Shown: in pieces, positions 27,575 to 36,881 of the stretch
How the letters are laid out: every line of letters begins with the position of its first letter
How positions within the stretch are numbered: position 1 is the first letter of the stretch
Source: Dehalococcoidia bacterium
GTDB lineage: Bacteria > Chloroflexota > Dehalococcoidia > Lucifugimonadales > JAGWBF01
NCBI GenBank assembly: GCA_965224415.1
Contig: CBDCZB010000004.1
Location: 667,070-731,069, forward strand
DNA: 64,000 nt
Direction: 5' to 3'
Program-made: the position numbers and the translations under genes
The notes under the pieces: generated by a model
What the model saw: the letters and a program-made list of their open reading frames with translations, nothing else
The model's database searches: none
What the model was told of the DNA's origin: nothing

Positions 27575-30043
27575 ATGAACCGCAACTCCAGGGCTAAGAA
27601 ATACGAGGTCTCCCCGGACAACCTGTGTTGGCAGTGCGACACTGCGGACATGGACTTCGAGTTCACCGACGAACTCTCACCCCTCCAGAACATCATAGGG
27701 CAGGACAGGGCCTTGGGCGCCATCAAGTTCGGCCTTGAGCTGGACAAGCCGGGATACAACATCTTCGTCACCGGGCTTACGGGCACCGGTAGAACGTCGG
27801 CCATCAAAGCCCACCTGGAATCCATGACCCAGCAAAGACGCGACCAGGGAGTCATCTCTTCCCTGTCGGACTGGTGTTATGTAAACAACTTCGAAGAACC
27901 CGACTGCCCCAGAATCCTGCGCCTCACCCCAGGCGCCGGAAAAAGTTTGTCCCAAGCCATGGACGACCTGCTCAAGGCCCTCAGGGAGGAACTTCCCAAA
28001 GCGTTCAACAGCGAGGAGTACACCGAGCGGCGAAAGCAACTGGAGGAGCAGGGCAGAGCCAGGCATCAGCAGGAAATCAGAGAACTGGAAGAGAAGGCCC
28101 ACGGCTCCAGCTTTGCGCTCCGAATCACCCCAACGGGAGCGAACCTGTTCCCTATCTCAGCCGATGGCCAGCCCATTTCCCCGGAGCAGTTTCGTAGTCT
28201 GGACCAAGCAGTTAGGACGTCCATAGAAGAGACCCGCGTCCGCCTGATGCAGGAAGTCCAGGACCGGATGGAAAGCATCCGGGCAATCGATAAGGACACC
28301 CAGGAAAAGGTCGCCGCCCTCGACCGGGAAGTGGGCGAGTCGTCCCTGGGAGAGCTGTTCAGGCCGCTGGGCAGGGAGTTCGTGGGCTCGGAGGACGTGG
28401 CGGTGTTCTTGGCGGGATTGAAGGCATACAGCCTGGGGAACCTCGGGCTGTTTTCCGAGGAGGACCCACAGAACCGAGGCGAGGCAAGCCAGACCTTTTC
28501 GCAACCGCCGCCGAACCAGGGAGACCCCTACATCGCCTTCAGAGTCAACGTGATGGTGGACAACTCTGCAAAGGACCAGGCGCCCATCGTCATTGAATCC
28601 AACCCCAACTGGGTGAACCTGTTCGGCTCCATCGACCGGCGGGCTTTCATGGGAGCCTACTTCAGCGACCACACCATGCTCAAACCCGGTGCGGTCCATA
28701 GAGCCAACGGCGGATACCTGGTCCTGAACGCCAGAGACCTCATGATGAACCCAGGAGTCTGGGAAGGACTGAAACGGGTCATTCGGAACAGGGAGGCGCG
28801 CCTGGAAGACCCGGCCGTCCAGGCCGGCATGATGACGCCCCAAGGTCTCAGGCCCGATTCGATCCCCTGGGACGGCAAGGTGGTGGTGACGGGCGACGAA
28901 ACCGTCTACCGTACCCTCTCCACCTACGACCGGGACGACTTCCGGGAGATGTTCAAGGTCAAGGCCGAGTTCGACTCCCAAATTGACCTGTCCGATGAAA
29001 GCGTGGCCGACTACTGCTCCTTCATTCACAGCGCCTGTCATGATGAGGGGTTGCTCCACTGCGACCGCACCGGAGCAGCCCGAATCGTAGAGTTCGGGGC
29101 GCGTCTGGCGGCTGACCAGACCAAGCTCTCGACCAGGTTCGGGCTGGTCAAAGACCTGCTGATAGAGTCGGACTATTGGGCCCGGCAGGACGGAGCGGAT
29201 AGGGTATCCGGCGCCCACGTGAAGACGGCCATAGACCGCAAGATGCACAGGCTGAATTTGATGGAGGAGCGATTAAGGGAGCTGATCTCGGACGGGACCA
29301 TCATGGTCGACCTGTCGGGAGAAGTCGTAGGTCAGGTCAACGGGCTGGCCGTTTACGACCTGGGCGACTTCAGCTTCGGAAGGCCGTCGCGAATCACGGC
29401 CCGGACCTACGCCGGAAGAAGCGGCGTCATCAACATCGAGCGGGAAGCTCAGCTCAGCGGGCGCATCCACGACAAGGGAGTCTTGATTCTGAGCGGCTAT
29501 CTGGGTTCCAAATTCGCCCAGGACATGCCCCTCGCCCTGTCCGCCAGCCTGTCTTTCGAGCAGTCCTACGAGGGAGTGGACGGCGACAGCGCGTCCTCCA
29601 CGGAGCTTTACGCCATCCTGTCCAGCCTTGCCGACGTCCCCATTGCCCAGGGCATCGCCGTCACCGGTTCCGTCAACCAGAGAGGCGAGATACAGCCCAT
29701 CGGCGGCGTGAACGAAAAGGTTGAGGGGTTCTTCGCCCTGTGCCGCATGAAGGGGCTCACCGGGGAGCAGGGAGTGATCGTTCCCCACCAGAACGTGAAG
29801 AACCTGATGCTTCGAGAGGACGTGGTCGACTCCATACAGAGAGGCGATTTCCACATCTACGCCGTAAAGACCATAGACGAGGGCATCGAAGCGCTCACGG
29901 GCATCGAAGCTGGAGAGCGAATTCCCGAGTCAGGTTATCCCGAGGGGACGGTCAACTGTCGGGTCCAGAAGCGTCTGACCGAACTGGCGGGAGTGTTCAA
30001 GAGCTTCTACTCCGGCATGGCCCCCGACACGTCCAACGAATAG
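27575..30043 (+). CDS. LonC-like protease (degenerate AAA-like domain plus Lon S16 protease domain)
   Basis: The P-loop reads GLTGTGRTS (Arg replaces the Walker A Lys; codon AGA at 27791-27793). The Walker B position reads LVLNARD. The C-terminal Ser-Lys dyad context is GDSASS...GGVNEKVEG. ATG 27575 lies 6 nt after GGAGAG. Confidence 0.8.
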   Translation: MNRNSRAKKYEVSPDNLCWQCDTADMDFEFTDELSPLQNIIGQDRALGAIKFGLELDKPGYNIFVTGLTGTGRTSAIKAHLESMTQQRRDQGVISSLSDWCYVNNFEEPDCPRILRLTPGAGKSLSQAMDDLLKALREELPKAFNSEEYTERRKQLEEQGRARHQQEIRELEEKAHGSSFALRITPTGANLFPISADGQPISPEQFRSLDQAVRTSIEETRVRLMQEVQDRMESIRAIDKDTQEKVAALDREVGESSLGELFRPLGREFVGSEDVAVFLAGLKAYSLGNLGLFSEEDPQNRGEASQTFSQPPPNQGDPYIAFRVNVMVDNSAKDQAPIVIESNPNWVNLFGSIDRRAFMGAYFSDHTMLKPGAVHRANGGYLVLNARDLMMNPGVWEGLKRVIRNREARLEDPAVQAGMMTPQGLRPDSIPWDGKVVVTGDETVYRTLSTYDRDDFREMFKVKAEFDSQIDLSDESVADYCSFIHSACHDEGLLHCDRTGAARIVEFGARLAADQTKLSTRFGLVKDLLIESDYWARQDGADRVSGAHVKTAIDRKMHRLNLMEERLRELISDGTIMVDLSGEVVGQVNGLAVYDLGDFSFGRPSRITARTYAGRSGVINIEREAQLSGRIHDKGVLILSGYLGSKFAQDMPLALSASLSFEQSYEGVDGDSASSTELYAILSSLADVPIAQGIAVTGSVNQRGEIQPIGGVNEKVEGFFALCRMKGLTGEQGVIVPHQNVKNLMLREDVVDSIQRGDFHIYAVKTIDEGIEALTGIEAGERIPESGYPEGTVNCRVQKRLTELAGVFKSFYSGMAPDTSNE

Positions 30044-30105
30044 CCCACAATCCGTCCCCAATCTCGTTGGGCCTCCGACTACCCAGGCGTTAATATGTCT
30101 TTGCT

Positions 30106-30426
30106 ATGCCAATTTCCTATATGGAATTGCTTAAGCTTCGGTTTGACCATATATCGTCATCCGAGGCGGCGACTATCCTTGGAATCACTCCGTCAGCCGT
30201 GTCCCGCCTGACCCGCGAGGGCAAGATATCCGGAGTCAAAATCGGCGGCGTATACCTAATCCCACGCATCGCCGTCCAAGAATATGCCAAGGAGCACGAG
30301 CCCCGACGGGGCCGCCCAAGGAAAAAACGCCGCTACACGAGACGCTCAATTTCCCCCTCCGGTCCGGCAGAGGGCAAGGGGCCGCCTCAGCAATCGTTAC
30401 AGCCAACCGCCGGGACCTCGGACTAA
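30106..30426 (+). CDS. excisionase/MerR-type helix-turn-helix protein with a basic AT-hook-like tail
   Basis: ILGITPSAVSRLTREGKISGVKIGGVYLIP HTH, followed by PRRGRPRKKRRYTRR. Confidence 0.6.
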   Translation: MPISYMELLKLRFDHISSSEAATILGITPSAVSRLTREGKISGVKIGGVYLIPRIAVQEYAKEHEPRRGRPRKKRRYTRRSISPSGPAEGKGPPQQSLQPTAGTSD

Positions 30427-31241
30427 GCCAAGGGCGGGTGCAGCACACCTCGAAACAAATGCTCCCCGCAGCCGTCCCCATCTCCCGGCAGTGAGAGCAC
30501 GTCTACAACGAACCCGGCTTCCCGTATCAATGCGTTCCACGTGGCGATGAAAAACAGCCCGCTGCGGTGGAGGTCGCACTCCACCCTCTGAACGCCTCCC
30601 TCGGTGATGGTGTATACGAACAGGCTTTCGACGACGGTATCCGATGGGTCGGAGTCGTTCAGGCGTTCCTCGATGCTCACCACTGGGTCGCCGGGGCGTC
30701 GAGGAGGGCGAGCAGGCCATCGCAGCACCTTCCCGGCCTTGAAGGTGTCCCGCACGAGGTCTGGCGCCGTCAACAGCAGTCCGCCCGGCCTCAGATGAAC
30801 CCTTGCGGTGGTGAATACGGCCCGCAGGTCGTCTTCCGTCAACATGTAGGCAATGGCGTCATGTACCAGAACGGCGTCGAACTTCCGGCCGAGCCGCACC
30901 GACCTCATGTCGCCCAGGTGATGCTCCACGCCGGGGTTCAAGCGACGGGAGTGGTCCAGCATACGCGGCGAGATGTCCACAGCCGTCGCTTGGAAGTCGG
31001 CAGTGAGATGGGAAAGGTTGTGCCCGCCCCCAACGCCTAATTCCAGGACACTATGCCGCCCGTCGCCCAGTTTTTCCCGGATGGCGCGACGCCAATGCAG
31101 GGCTTCCTCGGCGTAGTCCTCCGAGGGGCTGATGATGGGCCAGAGGTAGGCCAACTCGTCGTATAACCGGACCCCGTCCAGGACGCCGGAACTCAGAGCC
31201 CCTATTTCAGCGGACCAAACGCTCTCAGGCCTTGACGCCAT
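30423..31241 (-). CDS. class I SAM-dependent methyltransferase
   Basis: VLELGVGGGHN motif I and AVDISPRML. It lies immediately downstream of the CitE-like gene, with a 1-nt gap. Confidence 0.75.
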   Translation of the reverse strand: MASRPESVWSAEIGALSSGVLDGVRLYDELAYLWPIISPSEDYAEEALHWRRAIREKLGDGRHSVLELGVGGGHNLSHLTADFQATAVDISPRMLDHSRRLNPGVEHHLGDMRSVRLGRKFDAVLVHDAIAYMLTEDDLRAVFTTARVHLRPGGLLLTAPDLVRDTFKAGKVLRWPARPPRRPGDPVVSIEERLNDSDPSDTVVESLFVYTITEGGVQRVECDLHRSGLFFIATWNALIREAGFVVDVLSLPGDGDGCGEHLFRGVLHPPLA

Positions 31242-31242
31242 T

Positions 31243-32142
31243 CTAGCTGACCAGTCCCAACGCCCGGGCCAAGTCCAGCATGGCGCGGGCCGTCTGTTCG
31301 TGGGCTATGTCCACCATGTTCCCCTTGTAGGTGACGGCGGCGCCGCCCTGGGCACGCTGCTCCTCCATTGCCTGTACCAGACCCTGCCATTCGGCTATCT
31401 CATCGGCGCTGGGAGTAAACACCTCATTGACTACCGGGACATGGTAGGGGTGAATCAGGTGCATTCCCACGTAGCCGATCTCTTTGGCTCGCTGGGCGTG
31501 GCCGCGCAAGCCGTCCAGGTCTTGTATGTCGAACCAGCCGCCGGTGATGGGATACGCCACTCCTGCGGCCCGCGAGTCCAAAAGCACCTTGGAGCGTATA
31601 AAAAGCGTCTCCATGCCTCCGGGCGTCCACTGGTACCCCAGAGCGCGGGATGTATCGCCGCCTCTGCCCCCGCTGGCGCCCATGTGGGCGACTCTGGGAG
31701 AGGCCTTAGCTACGTCGTAGGCTTGCCTTAGTCCATCGGCCGTCTCAAGCGAGGGGTCTATGAAGGTCTTGCCCACCTGAGAGCCGGCCCGGCTTTCGAA
31801 GAGCTTCAACAGAACGTCGGCCTCCACAACGTCGGCTGGGCCCGTCACCTTGGGCAGGATGACGCCATACAGCTCGTTGCAGGCGATGGCCTCGATGTCG
31901 TCGGCGGTCATTCCAGTGCTGAGTTCGTTTACTCGAACGAAGAGGGTCTGTCCAGCGGCTCCCAGCTCCTTCAGCATCTTCCCGACCAAGGCCCTGGCCT
32001 CGGCCTTCTCCTGGAGGGGCACCGAGTCTTCCAAGTCCAGTATCAGCGCGTCGGCGCCGTATTTCGGGGCCTTCCGCATCCAGTCTTCTTTGTTGCCGGG
32101 CACGAACAGCACGGAACGCAGGGGCTTGGCTTTGAAGCTCAT
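31243..32142 (-). CDS. HpcH/HpaI-CitE family (acyl-CoA) lyase, malyl-CoA/citryl-CoA lyase-like
   Basis: RSVLFVPGNKEDWMRKAPKYGADALILDLEDSV. The likely start is MSFKAKPL at 32142. Confidence 0.8.
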   Translation of the reverse strand: MSFKAKPLRSVLFVPGNKEDWMRKAPKYGADALILDLEDSVPLQEKAEARALVGKMLKELGAAGQTLFVRVNELSTGMTADDIEAIACNELYGVILPKVTGPADVVEADVLLKLFESRAGSQVGKTFIDPSLETADGLRQAYDVAKASPRVAHMGASGGRGGDTSRALGYQWTPGGMETLFIRSKVLLDSRAAGVAYPITGGWFDIQDLDGLRGHAQRAKEIGYVGMHLIHPYHVPVVNEVFTPSADEIAEWQGLVQAMEEQRAQGGAAVTYKGNMVDIAHEQTARAMLDLARALGLVS

Positions 32143-32249
32143 GATGTGACTCCGTCGATAAGTTGATCGGGCAGTCCTGTAGTTTCGCATTATAGCAGGA
32201 CTCTTATTCGGTGGCGGCCTATCGCCGTCCAGCGAGCCAGTGCGTGGGT

Positions 32250-32275
32250 GGTTCGACGGGCTCACCACGAACGGG
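32250..32275. repeat. repeat family C fragment (GGTTCGACGGGCTCACCACGAACGGG)
   Basis: 24/26 identical to 38367-38392. Confidence 0.65.
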
Positions 32276-32385
32276 CTAGGCTACGGCGATCTGGGGGCGA
32301 ATTGACGGCGCTCCACACTCTGGTTGACCGCCGAATACCAGCAACGGATAATGGGGGCCGAAACCCTAATTCATAGGAGGCTCAC

Positions 32386-33141
32386 ATGGGCAGACTTGAC
32401 GGAAGGGTGGCCATAGTAACCGGCGGCGCGGCTGGAATGGGCGCCGCAACCTGCCGCCTGTTCGCTAAAGAGGGCTGCAAGGTCGGCATCGGAGACCGCA
32501 ACCAAGAACTCGGCCAACAGATGGAGGCGGAGATCAACGAGGCTGGCGGGGAAGCCGTCTACCTCACTCTCGACGTTACCAGTGAAGACTCGTGGCAGAA
32601 CGCCGTGAACGCGATGGTCTCCAAGTACGGCAAGCTGGACATCCTAGTCAACTTCGCCGGCATAAGTTCGACAATTTACAAGGACGACTTCGACGGCGAC
32701 GCCTGGGACCAGTACATGTTGATAAACGCTAAGGGCCCCTTCCTGGGCACGAAGTACTGCGTCCCGAAGCTCAAGGAACAGGGCGGCGGATCAATCGTAA
32801 ACGTATCGTCCATCAACGGCCTGGTGGGAACGGCACACGGCCACCCTGGATACAACGCTTCCAAGGCCGCCCTCCGCCTCTACACCAAGGCCATGGCCGC
32901 ACGGTTGGGAGTGGACAACATACGGGTGAACTCCATCCACCCCGGCCGCATGCCTCCCATGACGACCGGCGACCCCGGACCGTACTGGGAGCGCAACGAA
33001 GAAGCGATGAAGGCCATACCCCTCAGGCGGGCGGGCACCAGAGAGGAAGCGGCCAACGTCGCTCTCTTCCTGGCCTCCGACGACTCCTCCTACATAACCG
33101 GCGCCGAGCTGGTGGTGGATGGAGGCTGGACGGCGGTCTAA
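32386..33141 (+). CDS. SDR-family oxidoreductase
   Basis: VAIVTGGAAGMG, NFAGI and the YNASKAAL catalytic motif. Confidence 0.9.
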   Translation: MGRLDGRVAIVTGGAAGMGAATCRLFAKEGCKVGIGDRNQELGQQMEAEINEAGGEAVYLTLDVTSEDSWQNAVNAMVSKYGKLDILVNFAGISSTIYKDDFDGDAWDQYMLINAKGPFLGTKYCVPKLKEQGGGSIVNVSSINGLVGTAHGHPGYNASKAALRLYTKAMAARLGVDNIRVNSIHPGRMPPMTTGDPGPYWERNEEAMKAIPLRRAGTREEAANVALFLASDDSSYITGAELVVDGGWTAV

Positions 33142-33185
33142 CCGGCGGCGACACGAACGAAAGTTGAGAGACCCGCTCGGACCTA

Positions 33186-34407
33186 GTATTCGGCCAATCT
33201 GGCATTGTCAGTTAGTACGTGAGCCCAGACAGGATGCTACCTTGGGGATAGACGAAGGGTTGTGGGATGTGAGGTGGTCATGGTGCAGGAGAAGTACGGA
33301 GTCCGGCTGGCAACACAGGAAAAGGGACGGCTCAGGAAGATGATCAGGGCTGGGAGGAGTTCCGCACAGGCGATTACCCGGGCCCGCATCCTGATCAAGA
33401 TAGATGAGGGCTGGACCGCCCCCCAGGTGGCCACCGCACTGGACGTGTCGGAGCGGACCGTGTTCCGCACCAAGCGGCGGTATGCCGAGGAAGGACTGGA
33501 CGAGGTGCTGAGGCACCATAACCAGGTCAACCGGCCCAGAAAGGTGGATGAAAGGGTGGAGGCCCACCTGATAGCCTTGGCCTGCAGCCCGGTGCCCGAC
33601 GGTCATGACCACTGGACCATGCGGGCCCTGGCGGGCAAGGTGGTGGAGTTGGGATTGGTGGAGTCTTTATCTCCCGAGACGGTCCGCCTGCGGCTAAAAA
33701 AAACACGCTCAAGCCGTGGCTCAAGAAACAATGGTGCATCCCCAAGGTAGGTGGAGAGTTCGTGGCGGCCATGGAGGACGTGCTGGATCTCTACGCCGAG
33801 CCCTACGATCCGCAGAGGCCGGTGGTCTGCTTTGACGAGACCTCCACCCAGTTGCTGGCCGACGTGAGGGAACCGCTGCCGGCAAAGCCTGGGAGGCCGA
33901 GGCGTGAGGACTACGAATACCAGCGGGGAGGGACGCGCAACCTGTTCCTCACCTGTGAGCCTCGCCGGGGCTGGCGCCACGTGGCGATAACCCGGCAACG
34001 CACCATGCAGGACTTCGCTCAGCAGATGCGGTGGCTGGTGGATGAGGCCTACCCCGATGTCCCGGTGATTCGGCTGGTTCTCGACAATCTGAACACGCAT
34101 CGGATGGCCTCGCTTTACGAGACTTTCCCGGCGGCCGAGGCCCGGCGCATCGCCAAGCGGCTGGAGTTGCACCACACTCCCAAGCACGGAAGCTGGCTGA
34201 ATATGGCGGAGATCGAGTTCAGCGTGCTGGCCCGGGCCTGCCTGCGCGGACGCAACGGAGATGAGGACAGCCTGGAAAGAGCCGTCAGCGCCTGCGTGTC
34301 AGAGCGGAACGCGATAGGAGCTACCATTAACTGGCGGTTCACTGCCCAAGACGCCAGACGCAAACTCCATCGCCTCTATCCCTGCCAATCCTGATTTGGT
34401 TCAGTAC
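33186..34407 (+). mobile_element. IS630-family insertion sequence (1222 bp) flanked by a TA duplication
   Basis: TA at 33184-33185 and 34408-34409. Imperfect terminal inverted repeats GTATTCGGCCAATCTGGCATTG and (rc) GTACTGAACCAAATCAGGATTG. The internal transposase is DDE (IS630/Tc1-like). Confidence 0.8.
33262..34394 (+). CDS. IS630-family transposase, two frames joined by a -1 shift on an A8 run (33696-33703)
   Basis: orfA carries the HTH. In the -1 frame the text reads LKKNTLKPWLKKQWCIPKVGGEFVAAMEDVLDLY, the family hallmark. orfB carries FDETS...LDNLNTH...WLNMAEIEF (DD34E). Confidence 0.8.
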
Positions 34408-34468
34408 TAGCGGGTCTCTTCTTTATGTCATTTTATGTCATCACGCCCTATGGACTGGCGTGTCGCCT

Positions 34469-34477
34469 TGCTATACT
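34469..34477 (+). promoter_or_regulatory. extended -10 promoter element TGCTATACT upstream of the VOC gene
   Basis: TGnTATACT lies 49 nt upstream of ATG 34526. Confidence 0.35.
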
Positions 34478-34525
34478 CACCAAACTCCGAAGCGGCGAGC
34501 CTAAAGAAAGCTACAGGAGACATCG

Positions 34526-34945
34526 ATGACACTCAACATATATCTAAACTTCAAAGGGAATTGCCGGGAGGCATTCGAATTCTACAAATCCGTCTTCGGG
34601 GGAGAGTTCCAGATATTCGAAACCTTCAAGAACGGCCCCCCTGACATGGGCATCCCAGAGGAAGAGTTGGACGACGTGATGCACGTGTCTTACCCAATCG
34701 GGTCCAGCATTCTTATGGGGAGCGACACCCCGGACCAATTCGGCCCGACTCAGTTTGGCAACAACTTCTCGATTTCGTACTCATCCACGACCAAGGAAGA
34801 GACGGAGGAGCTATTCGCCAAGATGTCCGAAGGCGGCGTAGTGACTATGCCCCTCAAGGACATGTTCTGGGGAGCCTATTTCGGTTCTTGCACCGACAAA
34901 TTCGGGATCAACTGGCAGTTCAGCTGTGAGCATCAGGCGGAGTAG
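34526..34945 (+). CDS. VOC/glyoxalase-fold protein (PhnB-like)
   Basis: MTLNIYLNFKGNCREAFEFYKSVFGG...MFWGAYFGSCTDKFGINWQF. Confidence 0.75.
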   Translation: MTLNIYLNFKGNCREAFEFYKSVFGGEFQIFETFKNGPPDMGIPEEELDDVMHVSYPIGSSILMGSDTPDQFGPTQFGNNFSISYSSTTKEETEELFAKMSEGGVVTMPLKDMFWGAYFGSCTDKFGINWQFSCEHQAE

Positions 34946-35047
34946 TCTTATTCTCCCTCCGTTGCCTTGACGCTGACCGCGCGTTCCCCCGTTAGTGGGG
35001 AAATTGGAACGTGGGTGGGGACCCGACTATAGCAGCGCCGAGTGCGG

Positions 35048-36205
35048 CTACCACTGGACGAACATGGGCATGACCACGTGGACGTAGTCGTCCGAGTCCA
35101 CCGGCTTGAACACCCCAGGACTTGACGGCGACGTAGTCTCCAGGGCCATCTTGCCCCGTTCCAGCACTTGCAGCACGTCCAGAAGGTACTTGCTGTTGAA
35201 GGCGATTTTCGACTCGCCCCCAGAAATAAGCATGTCCACTTCGTCTTCATTGTCGCCCAGTTCCTCGGCTCTGGCGGAAATGACCACCTTGCCGGGCGCC
35301 CCCTCTTCGCCGGAGGGCTCGGTTTCGCCGTCCAACGGCGACATCTGCAACTTGATGATTCCGCTGCCGTCTCTGGCGAAAATGGAGGTGGTGCGGGCGG
35401 CACGAAGGAAGGTCTGCAAGTCGAACACCGCCCGGGTGTTGTAGTTCTGCGGTATAAGCTGGGAATAGTTCGGGAAAGTGCCCTGAATCAGCTGGGACAC
35501 TAGCTCCGCGCCGTCCAGCTTGAAGAGGACCTGCCCCCTAGCCGGAGTCATAACCATCTCGATGGGGTCCGTCTGGTCGCCCAGCAGCCTGTTGACCTCG
35601 TTGAGGGTCCGCGCGGGAAGAATCAGGTTGATCGGGTCTTCTATGGGCTCCAACAGGTCTCCGTGGTGCACGGCCAACCTGAAACCGTCCGCCGCCGCCA
35701 TCGTGAACCTGGAACCTTCCAACTCCAGCTTCACTCCTGTCAAGACCGGCCTGGACTCCTCGGTGGCCGCTGCGAAGACCACATGGTTGACGGCTGTCCT
35801 AAGGGACTGGGGATCAAGCTTGGCTCCAACACCCTCCTCAACGGTGGGTATAGGAGGAAAGTCGCCGACGTCAGTCCCGTTTATGTGGGCCTGGGACCTC
35901 ATGCAACTGAGGTGCAGGCTCTTGGGCGCCGTCGTAGCATTCAGGTCGATGCGGTCCGACGGTAAGGAGCTTACAAGCTCAGTGAGAAGTCTGGCCGGAA
36001 CGGTGATGGACCCCTCGTCCTCGACCATGGCCCCAATCCAGGTTGTTATGGCTATTTCCAGGTTGGTCGCCGACAGCTTCAGCATCGACTGGTCTGTGGC
36101 GATAAGGACGTTTTGCGTGATGGGGAGGGTTGTGCGAGTAGCCACCGCCCTGCCCACCGTTGCGAGACCCCTGTTAAGGTTCTCTTGTAAACACGATACT
36201 CTCAT
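35048..36205 (-). CDS. dnaN: DNA polymerase III beta sliding clamp
   Basis: MRVSCLQENLNRGLATVGRAV...LPITQNVLI...; three-domain length, C-terminal PMFVQW. The start is 36205 or 36211. Confidence 0.9.
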   Translation of the reverse strand: MRVSCLQENLNRGLATVGRAVATRTTLPITQNVLIATDQSMLKLSATNLEIAITTWIGAMVEDEGSITVPARLLTELVSSLPSDRIDLNATTAPKSLHLSCMRSQAHINGTDVGDFPPIPTVEEGVGAKLDPQSLRTAVNHVVFAAATEESRPVLTGVKLELEGSRFTMAAADGFRLAVHHGDLLEPIEDPINLILPARTLNEVNRLLGDQTDPIEMVMTPARGQVLFKLDGAELVSQLIQGTFPNYSQLIPQNYNTRAVFDLQTFLRAARTTSIFARDGSGIIKLQMSPLDGETEPSGEEGAPGKVVISARAEELGDNEDEVDMLISGGESKIAFNSKYLLDVLQVLERGKMALETTSPSSPGVFKPVDSDDYVHVVMPMFVQW

Positions 36206-36234
36206 TCCCATCCCGCCCCTCGTAGAGTGGCAGT

Positions 36235-36263
36235 AGTATAATGGCCGCCCCATACAGCGTCAA
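36235..36263 (-). promoter_or_regulatory. sigma70-like promoter of dnaN (TTGACG-17-TATACT)
   Basis: The minus strand reads TTGACGctgtatggggcggccatTATACT. The -10 ends about 30 nt before the ATG. Confidence 0.45.
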
Positions 36264-36300
36264 CGCCGGAGCCTAGATAGGACTCCAAGGCAAAAAACTA

Positions 36301-36323
36301 GGCCCGGAACGGCGTTCCGGGCC
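36301..36323. terminator. bidirectional intrinsic terminator hairpin
   Basis: GGCCCGGAAC-ggc-GTTCCGGGCC, flanked by A6 on the left and T4 on the right. It lies just downstream of the minus-strand cupredoxin gene. Confidence 0.6.
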
Positions 36324-36350
36324 TTTTCCATACGCCTAAATCATGCCGGT

Positions 36351-36881
36351 CTACTGGACGACGAAGTCTCCGAACATGGTGGGGTTGTGTCCGGGGAAGG
36401 TGCAAACGAACTGGTACGATCCCGAAGCGGGCGCTTCGAAGTTGATTGACTCGGAATTGCCCGGGTCCAGCAGATTAGTGTTGGCCAGGATCCTCGGGTC
36501 GTCAGGTATCCATCCTTTGTCAGGGCCCGCTGCAGCACCTAAGTTCGTTATGTCGTCCTTGGAGCCCGCCTCTACCAATGCCCAGTTGTGCTGCTGCGTG
36601 GTGGAAACGTTGTCCAGCGTCAGGGTCACCTGGGAGCCGGCGGCGACTGTGAAAGACCCCTCTGTGTATTTCAACTCGTCTCCCTGTACGCTTATGGACA
36701 GGCTGACCGGGCCTCCGGTCGGGGCCTGAGTTGTTTCCTGGTCAGGCGGAGTGGCCTGACCTCCCGAAACGGGGGTTGGGGTCTGGGTGGGCGCCCTGGT
36801 GGCGGTGGGTTCAGGTTCGCCGCCGCCGCACGCCGCCGCGATCAGCGCCGCCGCGCTGAACAGGGCCATGATGATGAGCAT
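36351..36881 (-). CDS. blue-copper cupredoxin (azurin/auracyanin-like) lipoprotein
   Basis: Lipobox LIAAACGG, a PT-rich linker, and type-1 Cu ligands in CTFPGHNPTM plus an upstream His. Confidence 0.8.
   Translation of the reverse strand: MLIIMALFSAAALIAAACGGGEPEPTATRAPTQTPTPVSGGQATPPDQETTQAPTGGPVSLSISVQGDELKYTEGSFTVAAGSQVTLTLDNVSTTQQHNWALVEAGSKDDITNLGAAAGPDKGWIPDDPRILANTNLLDPGNSESINFEAPASGSYQFVCTFPGHNPTMFGDFVVQ

Noticed and set aside
33208-34187. Minus-strand ORFs (33208..33612, 33603..34187) inside the IS element.
   Set aside because: They are antisense to the clearly recognisable IS630 transposase frames and carry no motifs.
34422-34441. Perfect tandem 10-bp direct repeat TTTATGTCAT x2 just after the IS630 right end.
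   Set aside because: It may be the T-rich tail region of the disrupted terminator or a small slippage duplication. It is too short, and I found no second occurrence that would assign a function.
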